The position numbers were made by a program, and so were the translations under genes. From an uncultured Alphaproteobacteria bacterium (GTDB lineage: Bacteria > Pseudomonadota > Alphaproteobacteria > RF32 > CAG-239): a DNA stretch of 64,000 nt. The DNA lies in contig CASDOS010000059.1 of assembly GCA_949282205.1 (NCBI GenBank), positions 77,922 through 141,921 of the forward strand. Direction: 5' to 3'. The first letter of the stretch is position 1. Every line of letters starts with the position of its first letter. Shown here in pieces: positions 20,974 through 31,267 of the stretch. The notes under the pieces were generated by a model. It was not told where the DNA came from. It made no database searches and worked only from the letters and a program-made list of their open reading frames with translations.

Positions 20974-21753
20974 ATGGTAGAATTTTCTCAAGAAGAATTG
21001 CGCCGTTTTATAGATTCGGACAAATGTCGCTGTCAAAGCATCTACAAAGGTACAGGTTTTCAAGTATATATCAAAACCAAAATAGATGCGGAACTAGTAA
21101 ATATTTTCGCTTTTGATAATGTCCCGCGAGACATAAAAATCATAACCGAGGATATTCATAGGGAAAATCTGAAGTTTGTAGTAGAAAAAAGTGCAGAAAA
21201 AAATCGTTTCATAGATTTCAACAATTATGTGATAAGCCTGCCCAGCAGTAAGGAAAATCCTGATCAGGTAGATTTTTCCGCAGCTCATCTGTATAGAAAA
21301 AGAGGTGCCATTGTTGGTAAGGTTTCTTCCCAAGTATCCAATTTAGGGGAGGTACATTGCAACAGATTGGTTGTCATAGATCACAAATTGCTAATCGTCT
21401 GCAATTACTATGCTACGAAAGTCCTATGCGTCATAGAAGATGAATTGCGGCTTATTCCGCTCAATGTTGCGGAACAGTTGTTAAGAACGCTGAGCTTGAA
21501 TTGGAAAACCTTAGAAAATTTGGATGCAAGCTATGCGCTTGAAGACTGGACATTTCAAAATGGTCTGCTGATAAATGCGCGTACCATGAGCGTTCCAAGT
21601 ACCTTGCAGTTCTATTTTTATAAATCGTGTCGTCGCGGTAAACAAATAGATACAATCAAGGCAAATTTGGATTTTACCAAGTTGATTAAAATGTTGACTA
21701 GAGATGAAAAGGGCGAAGCTCAGATTTCGTATATAGATTCGAAACATATCTGA
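20974..21753 (+). CDS. Hypothetical protein
   Basis: 259-aa ORF with an upstream TTGACA and a downstream bidirectional terminator; no motif recognised. Confidence 0.7.
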   Translation: MVEFSQEELRRFIDSDKCRCQSIYKGTGFQVYIKTKIDAELVNIFAFDNVPRDIKIITEDIHRENLKFVVEKSAEKNRFIDFNNYVISLPSSKENPDQVDFSAAHLYRKRGAIVGKVSSQVSNLGEVHCNRLVVIDHKLLIVCNYYATKVLCVIEDELRLIPLNVAEQLLRTLSLNWKTLENLDASYALEDWTFQNGLLINARTMSVPSTLQFYFYKSCRRGKQIDTIKANLDFTKLIKMLTRDEKGEAQISYIDSKHI

Positions 21754-21770
21754 TGAATTTGCCACAAAAG

Positions 21771-21797
21771 AAAAGCACCTGTAAAAGGTGCTTTTTT
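21771..21797. terminator. Bidirectional terminator
   Basis: AAAAGCACCT-gtaaa-AGGTGCTTTT between convergent genes. Confidence 0.8.
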
Positions 21798-21807
21798 CAT
21801 TTAAGGA

Positions 21808-24411
21808 TTAATTTTTATCCCAACCTTTCTGTTTAGCCATAAAGAAACGGAATTTATTTTTGAAAAGAGAAATTTTTTGCGAAGATTTCGTTTTATCGGA
21901 GAATGATTTTACGGTTATTTGTACAGAGTGTTTATCCGTTGCATATTGTTGTTTAGGCGAGTGAAGCGAAGAAAGATTAGTATGGTCACGCGCGATAATG
22001 TCGGCGTGTAACGATTTTGGTGCAAGAATAGGGTGAATGGCTTGTAAGGCTTTATTTTTAACTTTCAAAATACAAGACATCAACGATTGTTTTTCCGTTT
22101 TAGGCAAAGCCGTTTGGGTTAAGAGTGCAAAAAAATCTTTAATTTTGACACGCATATTTTTGTGTCCGTTATCCTGAGTCTGAACAAGCATAACGGCATT
22201 TCCGTCGGGATTAAATAAGACTTCGCGTGCGATAACCGGCTGAGATAAAAGTACACCTCTTTGCGGGGCGACAGATTTCTCAGAGGGTAAAGCTCCGATA
22301 GCCACAGTTGGTGTTATCTGCACACCTTTACCTTCAGGTAAAGTTTTGGCGTTCAAAGAAATCTCCGCATCATTTTGAGCAAATGCGTTACGAGCATTAG
22401 GAATATGATTTTTTTCACCTTTATCTTCAGGTAAAGTTTTGGCGTTCAAAGAAATCCCCGCATTATTTTGAGCAAATGCGTTATGAGATACAGGGATAGA
22501 ATTTTTTTCGACAAGCGAAATAGGGGATTTTGAGGAAAAAGAAGGGAGTGGATTTAGTTTCGGTTTGCCAAGAGGATTAGCGATTGGAGAAGACAAAGAG
22601 TTAGGTATGGATGTCGACTTAATTGATACATCATCACTTTTGGATGGAAAAGACGGTGAACTTATTGGTGAGGCAGTCTTGGGAACAGGAGTGAGTTTTG
22701 ATGCAACGGGAGAACTGGCAGATTTCTTTAAGATAGGTTTAACTTCGGCATTAGCTTGATATTTAAGCCTTCCGTTATCATAAAAGCGTTCAATTTTAAT
22801 TGTTTTATCATTAATTTTCTGTTTTTCTTTAAGTCTGTTAAAATCATCAAAGACCAACGCAGCGATAAGTTTTCCGTCCTGATAAGCCTGATAAGATTTT
22901 GTAACGTGATTATCTTTTGTATCAACGACCGGTACTAAACCACTGACAGGTTTACCGTTTTCAATTCGACAGATAGTTTTCTTAAAACCTTTATTGGACA
23001 TTTCCTCTAAAGCAATCAAATTACCGTCTTTATAGGTATATAAGATATAACCGTCTGCAGCCGGCAAAACGACTTGTCCATCGATTGCGCGGTTATTTTT
23101 GAAAACAGCCGAAGCAATAAGTTTTTTATTTTTATCAAAAAAGCGAAAAGTTCCGATTTTACGTCCGTTTTTAAGAGAACCTTCCTCAACACAGCCGTTG
23201 ATAAAGAGCGTTTTGACTTTAGAAATTCCCTGAGCATCAGGTTGTTGAACAGCTTCTAAAGCACCATGCGGATACAAATTGTAGATAGTATTATTTTTGC
23301 GCAAAGTCACTGCGGAATAGAAAGGAATTTTCATCAACGGATAAGTTTTATACCCGACGGAAACATCGGCAATACGAAAAGGTTGAACACGTTCATTAAG
23401 CGGTCTGCGCTCACGTTCTTCAACTAAACGATTACCGGTAAAGTTAGGAATTTCGATAGTTTGTTTAGAAAATCTTCTCAATTGACTTTTTTTATTAACC
23501 CAAGTTTCAAAATTAGGAGCGGAGAGGGAATTTGATAAGACTTTGTTATCTGGCTGAGATGCTTGTTTAAATTTTTTCAAAAACCGCACATCTTTATAGT
23601 TATAGAATTTAGAAAAATCAATCCCCCCGATATGGTTCATCACTTTAATATCGTTCGTAAAGTTTTTTTCATAGATAGGCGATTGAAACTCTTGACGATT
23701 AGCCTTTTCGGTCATGGCGTTATGACGAGGAGCGTAAGTAAAAGCGAGATTATTATTCCAATAACCTGAAACCATTTTAGCAATAAATTCCATTTCAAAA
23801 TCAAAATCTTTTTTATCTTTAGACAACGGGCGAATAATATCGTTTTCGACCGCCATAACATACATTTTGATTTTAGGATCATCAAGTTTGCGTAGTTGTT
23901 GTCTTTGAGCGGGAGAGGCGTTGATAAAATCATCACGAAAAGTCAAGAGTTGGACGATACTGGCGGAAATTTCAAAATTATCGCGTCCGGTACGATAATG
24001 AGAGGCAGACATAGGTTTTTCGAGAACCTCGTTCATCATGCAAATACGATGCCACATTTCATGAGCAACAATATGACGGCTAGCCATATAAGATTGATAT
24101 TCATCGCTGTCTTGATCTAAATAAGCCAAAAGTTGGATAATATTGACATCAGGGAGCAATTCGCCGTTAGAGAGTTTAGTTTCGACCGAATCCACGACAA
24201 AATCGACTTTAAGATTTTTCAAATCAGGAGCAACACTCTGCATAAACTGTTTTTTATAGGCTTCATTATTTTCGACGGTTACTTTATGTCCGCTATCATC
24301 TTGGGCATACAATTCAGTCACGCTGCCGCCGAACAAAGTGGTAACGGAAATTAAAAAGCCATATTTTAAGTTATCAAGTTTCAATTTAGCTCCGTATAAA
24401 TTAAGACACAC
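21808..24411 (-). CDS. Large hypothetical, possibly exported protein with HExxH motif, MORN-like beta repeats and Pro/Ser-rich region
   Basis: VAHEMWH; repeats such as GTFRFFDKN and ERFYDNGRLK; low-complexity linker containing an internal duplication. Confidence 0.65.
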   Translation of the reverse strand: MCLNLYGAKLKLDNLKYGFLISVTTLFGGSVTELYAQDDSGHKVTVENNEAYKKQFMQSVAPDLKNLKVDFVVDSVETKLSNGELLPDVNIIQLLAYLDQDSDEYQSYMASRHIVAHEMWHRICMMNEVLEKPMSASHYRTGRDNFEISASIVQLLTFRDDFINASPAQRQQLRKLDDPKIKMYVMAVENDIIRPLSKDKKDFDFEMEFIAKMVSGYWNNNLAFTYAPRHNAMTEKANRQEFQSPIYEKNFTNDIKVMNHIGGIDFSKFYNYKDVRFLKKFKQASQPDNKVLSNSLSAPNFETWVNKKSQLRRFSKQTIEIPNFTGNRLVEERERRPLNERVQPFRIADVSVGYKTYPLMKIPFYSAVTLRKNNTIYNLYPHGALEAVQQPDAQGISKVKTLFINGCVEEGSLKNGRKIGTFRFFDKNKKLIASAVFKNNRAIDGQVVLPAADGYILYTYKDGNLIALEEMSNKGFKKTICRIENGKPVSGLVPVVDTKDNHVTKSYQAYQDGKLIAALVFDDFNRLKEKQKINDKTIKIERFYDNGRLKYQANAEVKPILKKSASSPVASKLTPVPKTASPISSPSFPSKSDDVSIKSTSIPNSLSSPIANPLGKPKLNPLPSFSSKSPISLVEKNSIPVSHNAFAQNNAGISLNAKTLPEDKGEKNHIPNARNAFAQNDAEISLNAKTLPEGKGVQITPTVAIGALPSEKSVAPQRGVLLSQPVIAREVLFNPDGNAVMLVQTQDNGHKNMRVKIKDFFALLTQTALPKTEKQSLMSCILKVKNKALQAIHPILAPKSLHADIIARDHTNLSSLHSPKQQYATDKHSVQITVKSFSDKTKSSQKISLFKNKFRFFMAKQKGWDKN
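22323..22483. repeat. 68-bp direct repeat x2 (22323-22390, 22416-22483; period 93 bp), in frame
   Basis: Encodes NAFAQN(N/D)A(G/E)ISLNAKTLPE(D/G)KG twice; 3 mismatches. Confidence 0.9.
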
Positions 24412-24554
24412 TCAAAGAATGAAAGTCCATAAAACATATCATCAAAAGCAGAATATCACAAAAAAAGAAGAGCGTCAACGTGTTTTTGTCAAAAAAAGAG
24501 AAAATAAAAAGGCTGTTGAAAGAAGCAACAGCCTTAGTTAGAAAGAGCAAGATA

Positions 24555-26393
24555 TTAAATAGCCTTTAAGATAAATTCACTAAGTTTTTCATTAAACAAA
24601 CTCGGGTTGGAAACAGCTTCGCCTTCAGCAATTTTAGCTTGTTCCAAAATAAGCTGAGCAGCGTCTTTAACTTCTTCCGCTTTATCTTGATTACCCATCA
24701 GTTCCGCTAATTTAATGATAAGCGGGTGATAAGGATTAATAAGCAAAATACGTGTACTGTCAAAGTTGGTTTTTTGTTGATGATTACGCATCAAGCGTTC
24801 AAGGTGAATACTCATCTGTCCATCTTCAACCGTAAGAGAAGCAGGGCTCTTTGTAAGTTTTTCGGTAACTTCGACTTTTCCGACTTCTTCTTTGAACCAA
24901 TCACTCATTTTGTCGCATAAAACATTCAAACCTTTTTCATCGGCTTTAGGCGTTGAGCGCTCAATATCTAATTTCATATCAGCCTGAGAGATATGTTTAA
25001 GGGGATGATCTTTATAAGAGAGGAGTGTTTGCGTCCAAAATTCATCAATCGGGTCGGTCAAGAGCAAGACTTCGATATTCTTTTCACGAAAAGCCTCCAA
25101 GAGCGGGTTGCAAGCCAAAGTTTTGGCATCATCACCGGTAATATAATAGATAGCCTTTTGTTCTTTATCCATCCGTTCGATATAAGCATCAAGGGAAGTT
25201 AATTTACCGTTGCTCTGTGTGGAATAGAAACGAGACAAACCGGCAACTTCTTCACGATTAGAAAAATCCTCATAAATACCTTCTTTAAAAGCGATACCGA
25301 AAGCGTTCCAGAATTTAGCATAATCATCTTCATTTTCGGCACGTTTTTTAAGTTCTTTAAAGATTCTCGACACGGTACCCTGTCTGATTTTCGCGATAAG
25401 CGAGCTTTGCTGCAACATTTCGCGCGAGATATTGAGCGGTAAATCGGCGCTATCAATAACCCCTTTAACAAAGCGGAGATACATCGGCATCAATCCTTCG
25501 ACTTTATCGGAAATAAAGACTTTATTGACATAAAGTTTAATACCGGTCAGGCGATCGGGTTGAAACAAATCGTAAGGAGCTTTGGATGGGATAAAGAGCA
25601 AGCCTGTATATTCGATACTGCCCTCCGCTTTAAAATGCAAAGTCATCCACGGGTCGTCAAAATTTTTGGTAACGTGTTGATAAAAATCTTTATATTGTTT
25701 TTCGGTAATATCGGCTTTATTGCGTGTCCACAATGCTGAAGCGGTATTAACGGTTTCTTCACCGGCATCACCCAAGTTCAGGACAATCGGGTAATCAATA
25801 TGTTCCGAGTAAGTATGGATAATATTGCGCAAATAAATAGTATCGGTATAATCGGTTGCATCGTCTTTTAAGAAGAGTTTAATATCGGTACCGTTGGTTT
25901 GTCGTTCGGTTTCAGAGATTTCGAAACCGTCAACGCCGTTAGAAAGCCATTTATAGGATTTATCGCAATCTACGCGTTTAGTAACGATTTCAACTTTTTG
26001 AGCCACCATAAAAGCGGAATAGAAACCCACACCGAATTTACCGATTAAATCAACAACAGAGGTATTTTCTTTTGTGTTTTGTAAAAATTCTGCTGTACCG
26101 GATTTTGCAATAGTTCCGATATGATTAATAAGGTCATCACGATTCATCCCGATACCGTTATCCGAGATAGTAAGGGTATTATGTTCTTTATCTGGGGTAA
26201 TGGTAATTTTATAAGCGGTATCGTTTTTCGCCAAATCAGGATTAATAAGTCGCCAATATTTTAATTTATCAAGAGCATCGGAAGCGTTTGAAATAAGTTC
26301 TCTCAAAAAGATATATTTTTCGGAATAAAGCGAGTTAATAACAATATCCAAGAGTTTATTAACTTCGGTTTTAAATTCAATTTTTTCAGCCAT
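24555..26393 (-). CDS. htpG: Chaperone HtpG (Hsp90)
   Basis: IFLRELISNASDA, DNGIGM, IGKFGVGFYS, DLPLNISRE. Confidence 0.98.
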   Translation of the reverse strand: MAEKIEFKTEVNKLLDIVINSLYSEKYIFLRELISNASDALDKLKYWRLINPDLAKNDTAYKITITPDKEHNTLTISDNGIGMNRDDLINHIGTIAKSGTAEFLQNTKENTSVVDLIGKFGVGFYSAFMVAQKVEIVTKRVDCDKSYKWLSNGVDGFEISETERQTNGTDIKLFLKDDATDYTDTIYLRNIIHTYSEHIDYPIVLNLGDAGEETVNTASALWTRNKADITEKQYKDFYQHVTKNFDDPWMTLHFKAEGSIEYTGLLFIPSKAPYDLFQPDRLTGIKLYVNKVFISDKVEGLMPMYLRFVKGVIDSADLPLNISREMLQQSSLIAKIRQGTVSRIFKELKKRAENEDDYAKFWNAFGIAFKEGIYEDFSNREEVAGLSRFYSTQSNGKLTSLDAYIERMDKEQKAIYYITGDDAKTLACNPLLEAFREKNIEVLLLTDPIDEFWTQTLLSYKDHPLKHISQADMKLDIERSTPKADEKGLNVLCDKMSDWFKEEVGKVEVTEKLTKSPASLTVEDGQMSIHLERLMRNHQQKTNFDSTRILLINPYHPLIIKLAELMGNQDKAEEVKDAAQLILEQAKIAEGEAVSNPSLFNEKLSEFILKAI

Positions 26394-26560
26394 AACGAAA
26401 CTCCCTTAAAAGGTTGAATTTTTTTTGCACACATTTTACGAGTAATATAGGGTGTCAACCTCAAGAGCGCAAGGGCTGAAAAAAGAAAAAACGATATTTT
26501 TATACTATAATATAAAAAAAAAGCGACGTAGAAGCGCCGCTAAATAAAACAATCGAGCAA

Positions 26561-27175
26561 TTAAAAGCTATACCCGTAATCGTCTAAATCCTCATCCCAA
26601 TCTTCAATTTCGGGTTCTTGGCTTTTGGGCGCGGGGTATCTGGCGCCTTTCTGTTCAAGAAATTGAGCAATTTCTTTATATCTGTATTTATTGGCAATAT
26701 CTAAAGCGCTTTCGCCTTTAGCATTTCTGTAATTGACATTAGCACCACGATTAACCAATAATTCGACGGTAAAACGTTTTCCGTTTTTAGCAGCTACCAT
26801 AAGAGGGGTTGTCCCATCCAAATCGGGCATATTAATACTGGCTCCGGCATCCAAGAGAGCACTGATAACATCATTAAAACCGCCCAAAGCTGCACGGTGC
26901 AAAGCTGTTCCGCCCTGATAATAACGCTTATCGACTTTCGCCCCGTTATCAATAAGGTATTCCACAAAAGAAGTTTTACCGGAAGCTGCGGCAATCATAA
27001 GCGGAGAATAACCGTCCAAATCCTGTTCATCAATATCATAACCAAGCATAACCAAATCAGAGAAGGCCTGTTTATCTTCACGGTTGATAATATCATAAAT
27101 TGTATCATCGGCTTTGGCATGAAAAGCCAGACAAGACAAAGCAACAAAAGTCCCAATCAACAAACGGTATTTCAT
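26561..27175 (-). CDS. Secreted ankyrin-repeat protein
   Basis: Signal peptide; GYSPLMIAA, GGTALHRAA and GTTPLMVAA repeats. Confidence 0.9.
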   Translation of the reverse strand: MKYRLLIGTFVALSCLAFHAKADDTIYDIINREDKQAFSDLVMLGYDIDEQDLDGYSPLMIAAASGKTSFVEYLIDNGAKVDKRYYQGGTALHRAALGGFNDVISALLDAGASINMPDLDGTTPLMVAAKNGKRFTVELLVNRGANVNYRNAKGESALDIANKYRYKEIAQFLEQKGARYPAPKSQEPEIEDWDEDLDDYGYSF

Positions 27176-27326
27176 AGCGACAACTCCAACAACGGAAATA
27201 AAAAAACTAATTAATAGTAGTTTGTATAAAGTAAATATTTTATTAAAAACAGAGGAAACATTCGAGTTGGATAAAAATATTCGAGAACTATTGACAAAAC
27301 AAATATTTTCGGCAATAATAGAAAGA

Positions 27327-29639
27327 ATGTTAATGAAAGCAATGAAGAAAGCAATGTCAGAAAAACTAGATATGACTCAAATATACGCCGCGGCGCTACC
27401 GATAAAGAACAAACGTAATCTATTGGCGGTATATAAGGACTATGTTCAATTAGTCCGCAATTTGGAATATGTTGTCAAACAATATCGCCCGAACCACTTA
27501 TCGGGCTACCAATTGCTTCGGACCTACGGAGATGATATCACAGAAAATCCGTGGATGGTCGAAGATATGAGCAAAGAAGAAAAGGCTGCGTATTTAGATT
27601 TTGTAAACAATAAGCCGATGTCGGAAAATCTGCCGTATTGCTTTGTAAGTATAGATCATACGTCATCAAGTTTTAAGCAAGAGGGGAAAGGAATAATATC
27701 GACGCCGGACAATTACACGGCATACAGTCACAATCAATCCCTGCCGGCCCGAATAGAGCGTTATGTTGCGGCCTATCCGAAAGAGATAGGTTTAAAAGAA
27801 ACGGAATTTCTGATAGCCGGACGATGGAAGTTGCAATATCTGCTCGAAACAAACGGTCAAAGTCTAAAAGAAGCCTTTAATGATGACATAATGGAACAAC
27901 GGTTTAGCTGTATGTTGGATATTCTGACGTTATTACCGGAAAAAAGCAGTTATGACGAGCAAGAATTGTATGAAGCCCAAACGGAAGCGCAAGCATCGGC
28001 GTTAATAAATCCATTTGAGAATGTATTATTGAGCTCATTAACGACTTTGTCGGAAGAGAGCAACAAGATAATAAAAAGATTACTGGAGCTGCGCATTGGA
28101 GAGGGTTATATTTTTCAAGCCGAGAAAGAAGGATTGATAAGCTCAGCCTCATCATTTCAAGATTACCAAAATATCCGGCACTTAGTCCATCATCAATGGG
28201 ATACGTTAGACGGGTTGGGTAGATTTAACGGCGTAGAAACCGTAAAGAATATAAGTGTTCGGCGCCGTTATTTGGATTCATATTGTCGAATGTGTGATAA
28301 GCCCTTGGTAGAACGAGTAAAATCCTACATAAAGGTAGCCAAAGACATGTCGACGTTAGTATCAATGTTAAATCCGAATTTATTAATACGGGGCGAAAAT
28401 GAGAGTAATTCAAAATTCATAAATCGCGCCAAACAATACGCGAAAGCGCATCCGGAAGAAAAAATAATGCTAGAAGCGGGCTATGATTTCGGTTCGGACA
28501 AAAAAGAAGCGTTAATAAAGAATGCGGCCAAAGTATTACCGGAGGCGGAAATAATTGATATATGCGGCATGGATATAGAAAATTTTCTGGAACGCATAAG
28601 TGTATATTTGTATCGCAAAAATTATCTGGAAATATTCCAGCAAATAGAATACAAAATGAGTCAACATTGTTTGTTTTATGGGCGGAACGTACCGCCGTCA
28701 GGAGTATTGGCATATTACAAGAACTGCAAAATGATGAGTGCGGAAACTGCGGAGCGTTGGGGACAATACAAACAATTACGGAACGATTTGAGTCATCAGT
28801 ATTTGAATGAAGAATTGATATCAAGGCTGGAAAAGACATTTCCGCAATTCATGAAAGACACGTTTCTGTTGGAAGATAAGATAGACGAACAAACGCCGGT
28901 AGTAAGTCTTTTACATGATAACATATATCGCGCGTACCATAAAAACGGAAAAATAGTGGATATAGATTATACCAATCGAAAAATAGTCAACATCGAGTAT
29001 TTGAACAAAGAAAAGTCGCAATCCGGTTCAAAATCGGAAGAATATCGGAGCAAGACGAATAAAGAAACGACCGGAGCGCAAAAAATATATATGGAAGAAT
29101 ATAGAAACGGAGTGAGCATCGGCGTCAATAAAACCGATATAATATCGTGTCGCCTGCCCAACGGTACCACAATTGATTTGAGGAAAAAATCAATGATATA
29201 TCCGGACGGCAGTCGTTTATATTTCAACAGTGACGAGCATATATGTTTAACGATAAAAGGAGGCATAAAACTACTGACCGATAAAAATCTTCATATTGAG
29301 AATTACATAAACAACGGCAAATCGGTAAGTGTAACCAAGAATGAGAACATGAAATTTCCGAACGGACACGGTATTATAATTGATAAAAGAGGAAATTGGG
29401 AAAAAGAAGAATTTGTCGGCGCCAAAGGAAAAGCCGTAAAGGTGATGTTGGAAAGCGAGGAAGAAAAAATCGCGTTAAAGATGGATGACGGTACAACAAT
29501 AGCGGTATCAAAAGCGGGAATGTCAATCACGCATAATCAACAAATATTAACCTATGCAACCCGCAAGAAATTTGCCGAAAGTTATAATCCGTCAATATCG
29601 GCTGATTTATTAAAAAAGAAAAAAGGAAAAGAAAAATAA
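27327..29639 (+). CDS. Hypothetical protein with two HEPN-like domains and a beta-rich C-terminal region
   Basis: RHLVHH (28176-28193) and RNDLSH (28779-28796), each in a HEPN-like helical context. Start is among ATG 27327-27354, downstream of TTGACA 27291. Confidence 0.7.
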   Translation: MLMKAMKKAMSEKLDMTQIYAAALPIKNKRNLLAVYKDYVQLVRNLEYVVKQYRPNHLSGYQLLRTYGDDITENPWMVEDMSKEEKAAYLDFVNNKPMSENLPYCFVSIDHTSSSFKQEGKGIISTPDNYTAYSHNQSLPARIERYVAAYPKEIGLKETEFLIAGRWKLQYLLETNGQSLKEAFNDDIMEQRFSCMLDILTLLPEKSSYDEQELYEAQTEAQASALINPFENVLLSSLTTLSEESNKIIKRLLELRIGEGYIFQAEKEGLISSASSFQDYQNIRHLVHHQWDTLDGLGRFNGVETVKNISVRRRYLDSYCRMCDKPLVERVKSYIKVAKDMSTLVSMLNPNLLIRGENESNSKFINRAKQYAKAHPEEKIMLEAGYDFGSDKKEALIKNAAKVLPEAEIIDICGMDIENFLERISVYLYRKNYLEIFQQIEYKMSQHCLFYGRNVPPSGVLAYYKNCKMMSAETAERWGQYKQLRNDLSHQYLNEELISRLEKTFPQFMKDTFLLEDKIDEQTPVVSLLHDNIYRAYHKNGKIVDIDYTNRKIVNIEYLNKEKSQSGSKSEEYRSKTNKETTGAQKIYMEEYRNGVSIGVNKTDIISCRLPNGTTIDLRKKSMIYPDGSRLYFNSDEHICLTIKGGIKLLTDKNLHIENYINNGKSVSVTKNENMKFPNGHGIIIDKRGNWEKEEFVGAKGKAVKVMLESEEEKIALKMDDGTTIAVSKAGMSITHNQQILTYATRKKFAESYNPSISADLLKKKKGKEK

Positions 29640-29661
29640 ATTTTCAAAACCGTTTCCGAAA

Positions 29662-29804
29662 GTATTGACATCTCTGTCAGGGTAGGGTAAAAGAATAAGA
29701 AGAATGGCGAAGTGTCATAAAAGAAAACATTTCGCCGGAGTTGCGCTTAGAGATAAGCGCTTTTTTTATGTCCGGAGCAAAGGTAAAAAACTTTTGCTCT
29801 TTTA
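29662..29804 (+). promoter_or_regulatory. Promoter element with palindrome TGACA-N4-TGTCA plus a three-hairpin leader (two terminator-like)
   Basis: GTATTGACATCTCTGTC (29662-29678); hairpins 29706-29736, 29743-29760 (+T7), 29775-29800 (+T4). Confidence 0.6.
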
Positions 29805-29831
29805 TTTTGAATAAAAACAGGAGATTAAAAT

Positions 29832-30674
29832 ATGACAATACAAAACGAGGTAAGCAAAGCGGTTTATATAGCCGACGGAAATACAGCGACATTTGAAATA
29901 CCTTTTTACTTTTTTGACAACGAGATAGCGGTATACGGCAACAACGAGATAACAGCGTTAGAGCAAGGGAAGGACTACACGGTAACCAATTATGAGAATA
30001 GCGTCGGCGGAGAAGTGGTGTTTACGACCGCGCCGCAGTCAGGGAGCAGAATTACCATTTTGCGAGATGTAGCGTTGACACAGCTGATAACTTTTATAGA
30101 GGGGGAAGATTTTCCGGCTCAAGATTATGAAAATTCGCTAGATAAAATGATAATGGCGCTTCAGGAAATAAAAGAAACGACCAAACGTATGTTAGTTATG
30201 TCCCCTGGAGCAACAATAAGTCAGGAAGAATTTTACAAGATGATAGAAACGGTTAATCAAAATCTGGAATTTTTGACTAATATTCCCCGGATGTTGGACG
30301 AGATACAAAGTCTTTACGAATCATTTTTTGACAATGTGAGTAACACGGTTCAAGCCGGGGACAAACAACCGATAAGTTCGGAAGGTGTCTGGAATTACAT
30401 AAACGAGAATGGAGCCAAGAAATACAGTAATATCAGCATAGCGACAAGTTCGATACAAGAGGATGAAACGTATGAAAACTATCCATATTGCGCCGAGATA
30501 AGTATATCTGAAGCCAAATCGACACATATACCGTTTGTAATTTTCGACATGGAAGCGGCAGAAAGCGGAAACTATGCGCCGTTAGCCGAAGCCAAAGAAG
30601 GGAAAGTCTGCATATATCTGAAGGATAAACCTGTAACGGAAACGCTGACAATTCCTGCGCTTGTATTGCAATAA
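29832..30674 (+). CDS. Short phage tail-fibre-like protein (T7 gp17-like N-terminal attachment domain)
   Basis: Y.ADG.T.TF.IPF.F...I.VY...G.DYTV...GG.V.FTTAP..G..ITI.R...E..LDK..M..QE pattern; RBS AGGAG. Confidence 0.8.
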   Translation: MTIQNEVSKAVYIADGNTATFEIPFYFFDNEIAVYGNNEITALEQGKDYTVTNYENSVGGEVVFTTAPQSGSRITILRDVALTQLITFIEGEDFPAQDYENSLDKMIMALQEIKETTKRMLVMSPGATISQEEFYKMIETVNQNLEFLTNIPRMLDEIQSLYESFFDNVSNTVQAGDKQPISSEGVWNYINENGAKKYSNISIATSSIQEDETYENYPYCAEISISEAKSTHIPFVIFDMEAAESGNYAPLAEAKEGKVCIYLKDKPVTETLTIPALVLQ

Positions 30675-30683
30675 GGAGGGGAG

Positions 30684-30992
30684 ATGGAAAAAGTAAAAGA
30701 ACTGATAGCCAATTACAGTCTCTGGGGATTGTTTATCGGTTTAGCGACAATAATGATAAAGCCGTTTATATCGATTCGCCAAACAATGCGAGATATGCTG
30801 ATAACGTTTTTAGTAAGTATGTTATGCGGCCTATTGGCGGAATACATGGACATACCAACGCCGGTAAAATACGGGATATCCGGGGTATGTGGATTATTTG
30901 CGGTACGGATATACATGATAGCCGACAGTTTATTAAAACGAGCGCAAAGAGATCCGTTTAATTTCATCAAGAATATTAAAGGCAAACAATGA
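30684..30992 (+). CDS. Putative phage holin
   Basis: 102 aa, about 3 TM segments, basic C-terminus; lies between the tail gene and the spanin pair. Confidence 0.65.
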   Translation: MEKVKELIANYSLWGLFIGLATIMIKPFISIRQTMRDMLITFLVSMLCGLLAEYMDIPTPVKYGISGVCGLFAVRIYMIADSLLKRAQRDPFNFIKNIKGKQ

Positions 30993-31267
30993 AAGTGATA
31001 AGAGTGCTTGTCTGTTTGTTAGCGGTTGCCGTATTAAGTGCGATATATTATCGCGAAGATGCGGCGACCGCGCGTCAGCTGATGACGCAATACAAGCAGA
31101 ATCAAGAAATTTTATTTAAGAATTTACAAAGGAGCTACCATGAGAAAAGGGAGCTTGAAGAAAAAAATGAGGCTTTGGAACAAGCGGTATCTGAAGAAAC
31201 AATATCGTTTGATTGGCATGCGGATATTAGCAATAGTGCTGTTATTAAACAGTTGCAAAAGCGTTGA
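30989..31267 (+). CDS. Putative i-spanin (Rz-like)
   Basis: Single N-terminal TM followed by a coiled coil; overlaps a lipoprotein ORF at its 3' end. Confidence 0.6.
   Translation: MKVIRVLVCLLAVAVLSAIYYREDAATARQLMTQYKQNQEILFKNLQRSYHEKRELEEKNEALEQAVSEETISFDWHADISNSAVIKQLQKR

Noticed and set aside
27327-29639. Cas13 / type VI CRISPR effector
   Set aside because: Two RxxxxH motifs are present, but there is no repeat-spacer array or cas gene in the window and the motif spacing and C-terminal beta region do not fit Cas13.
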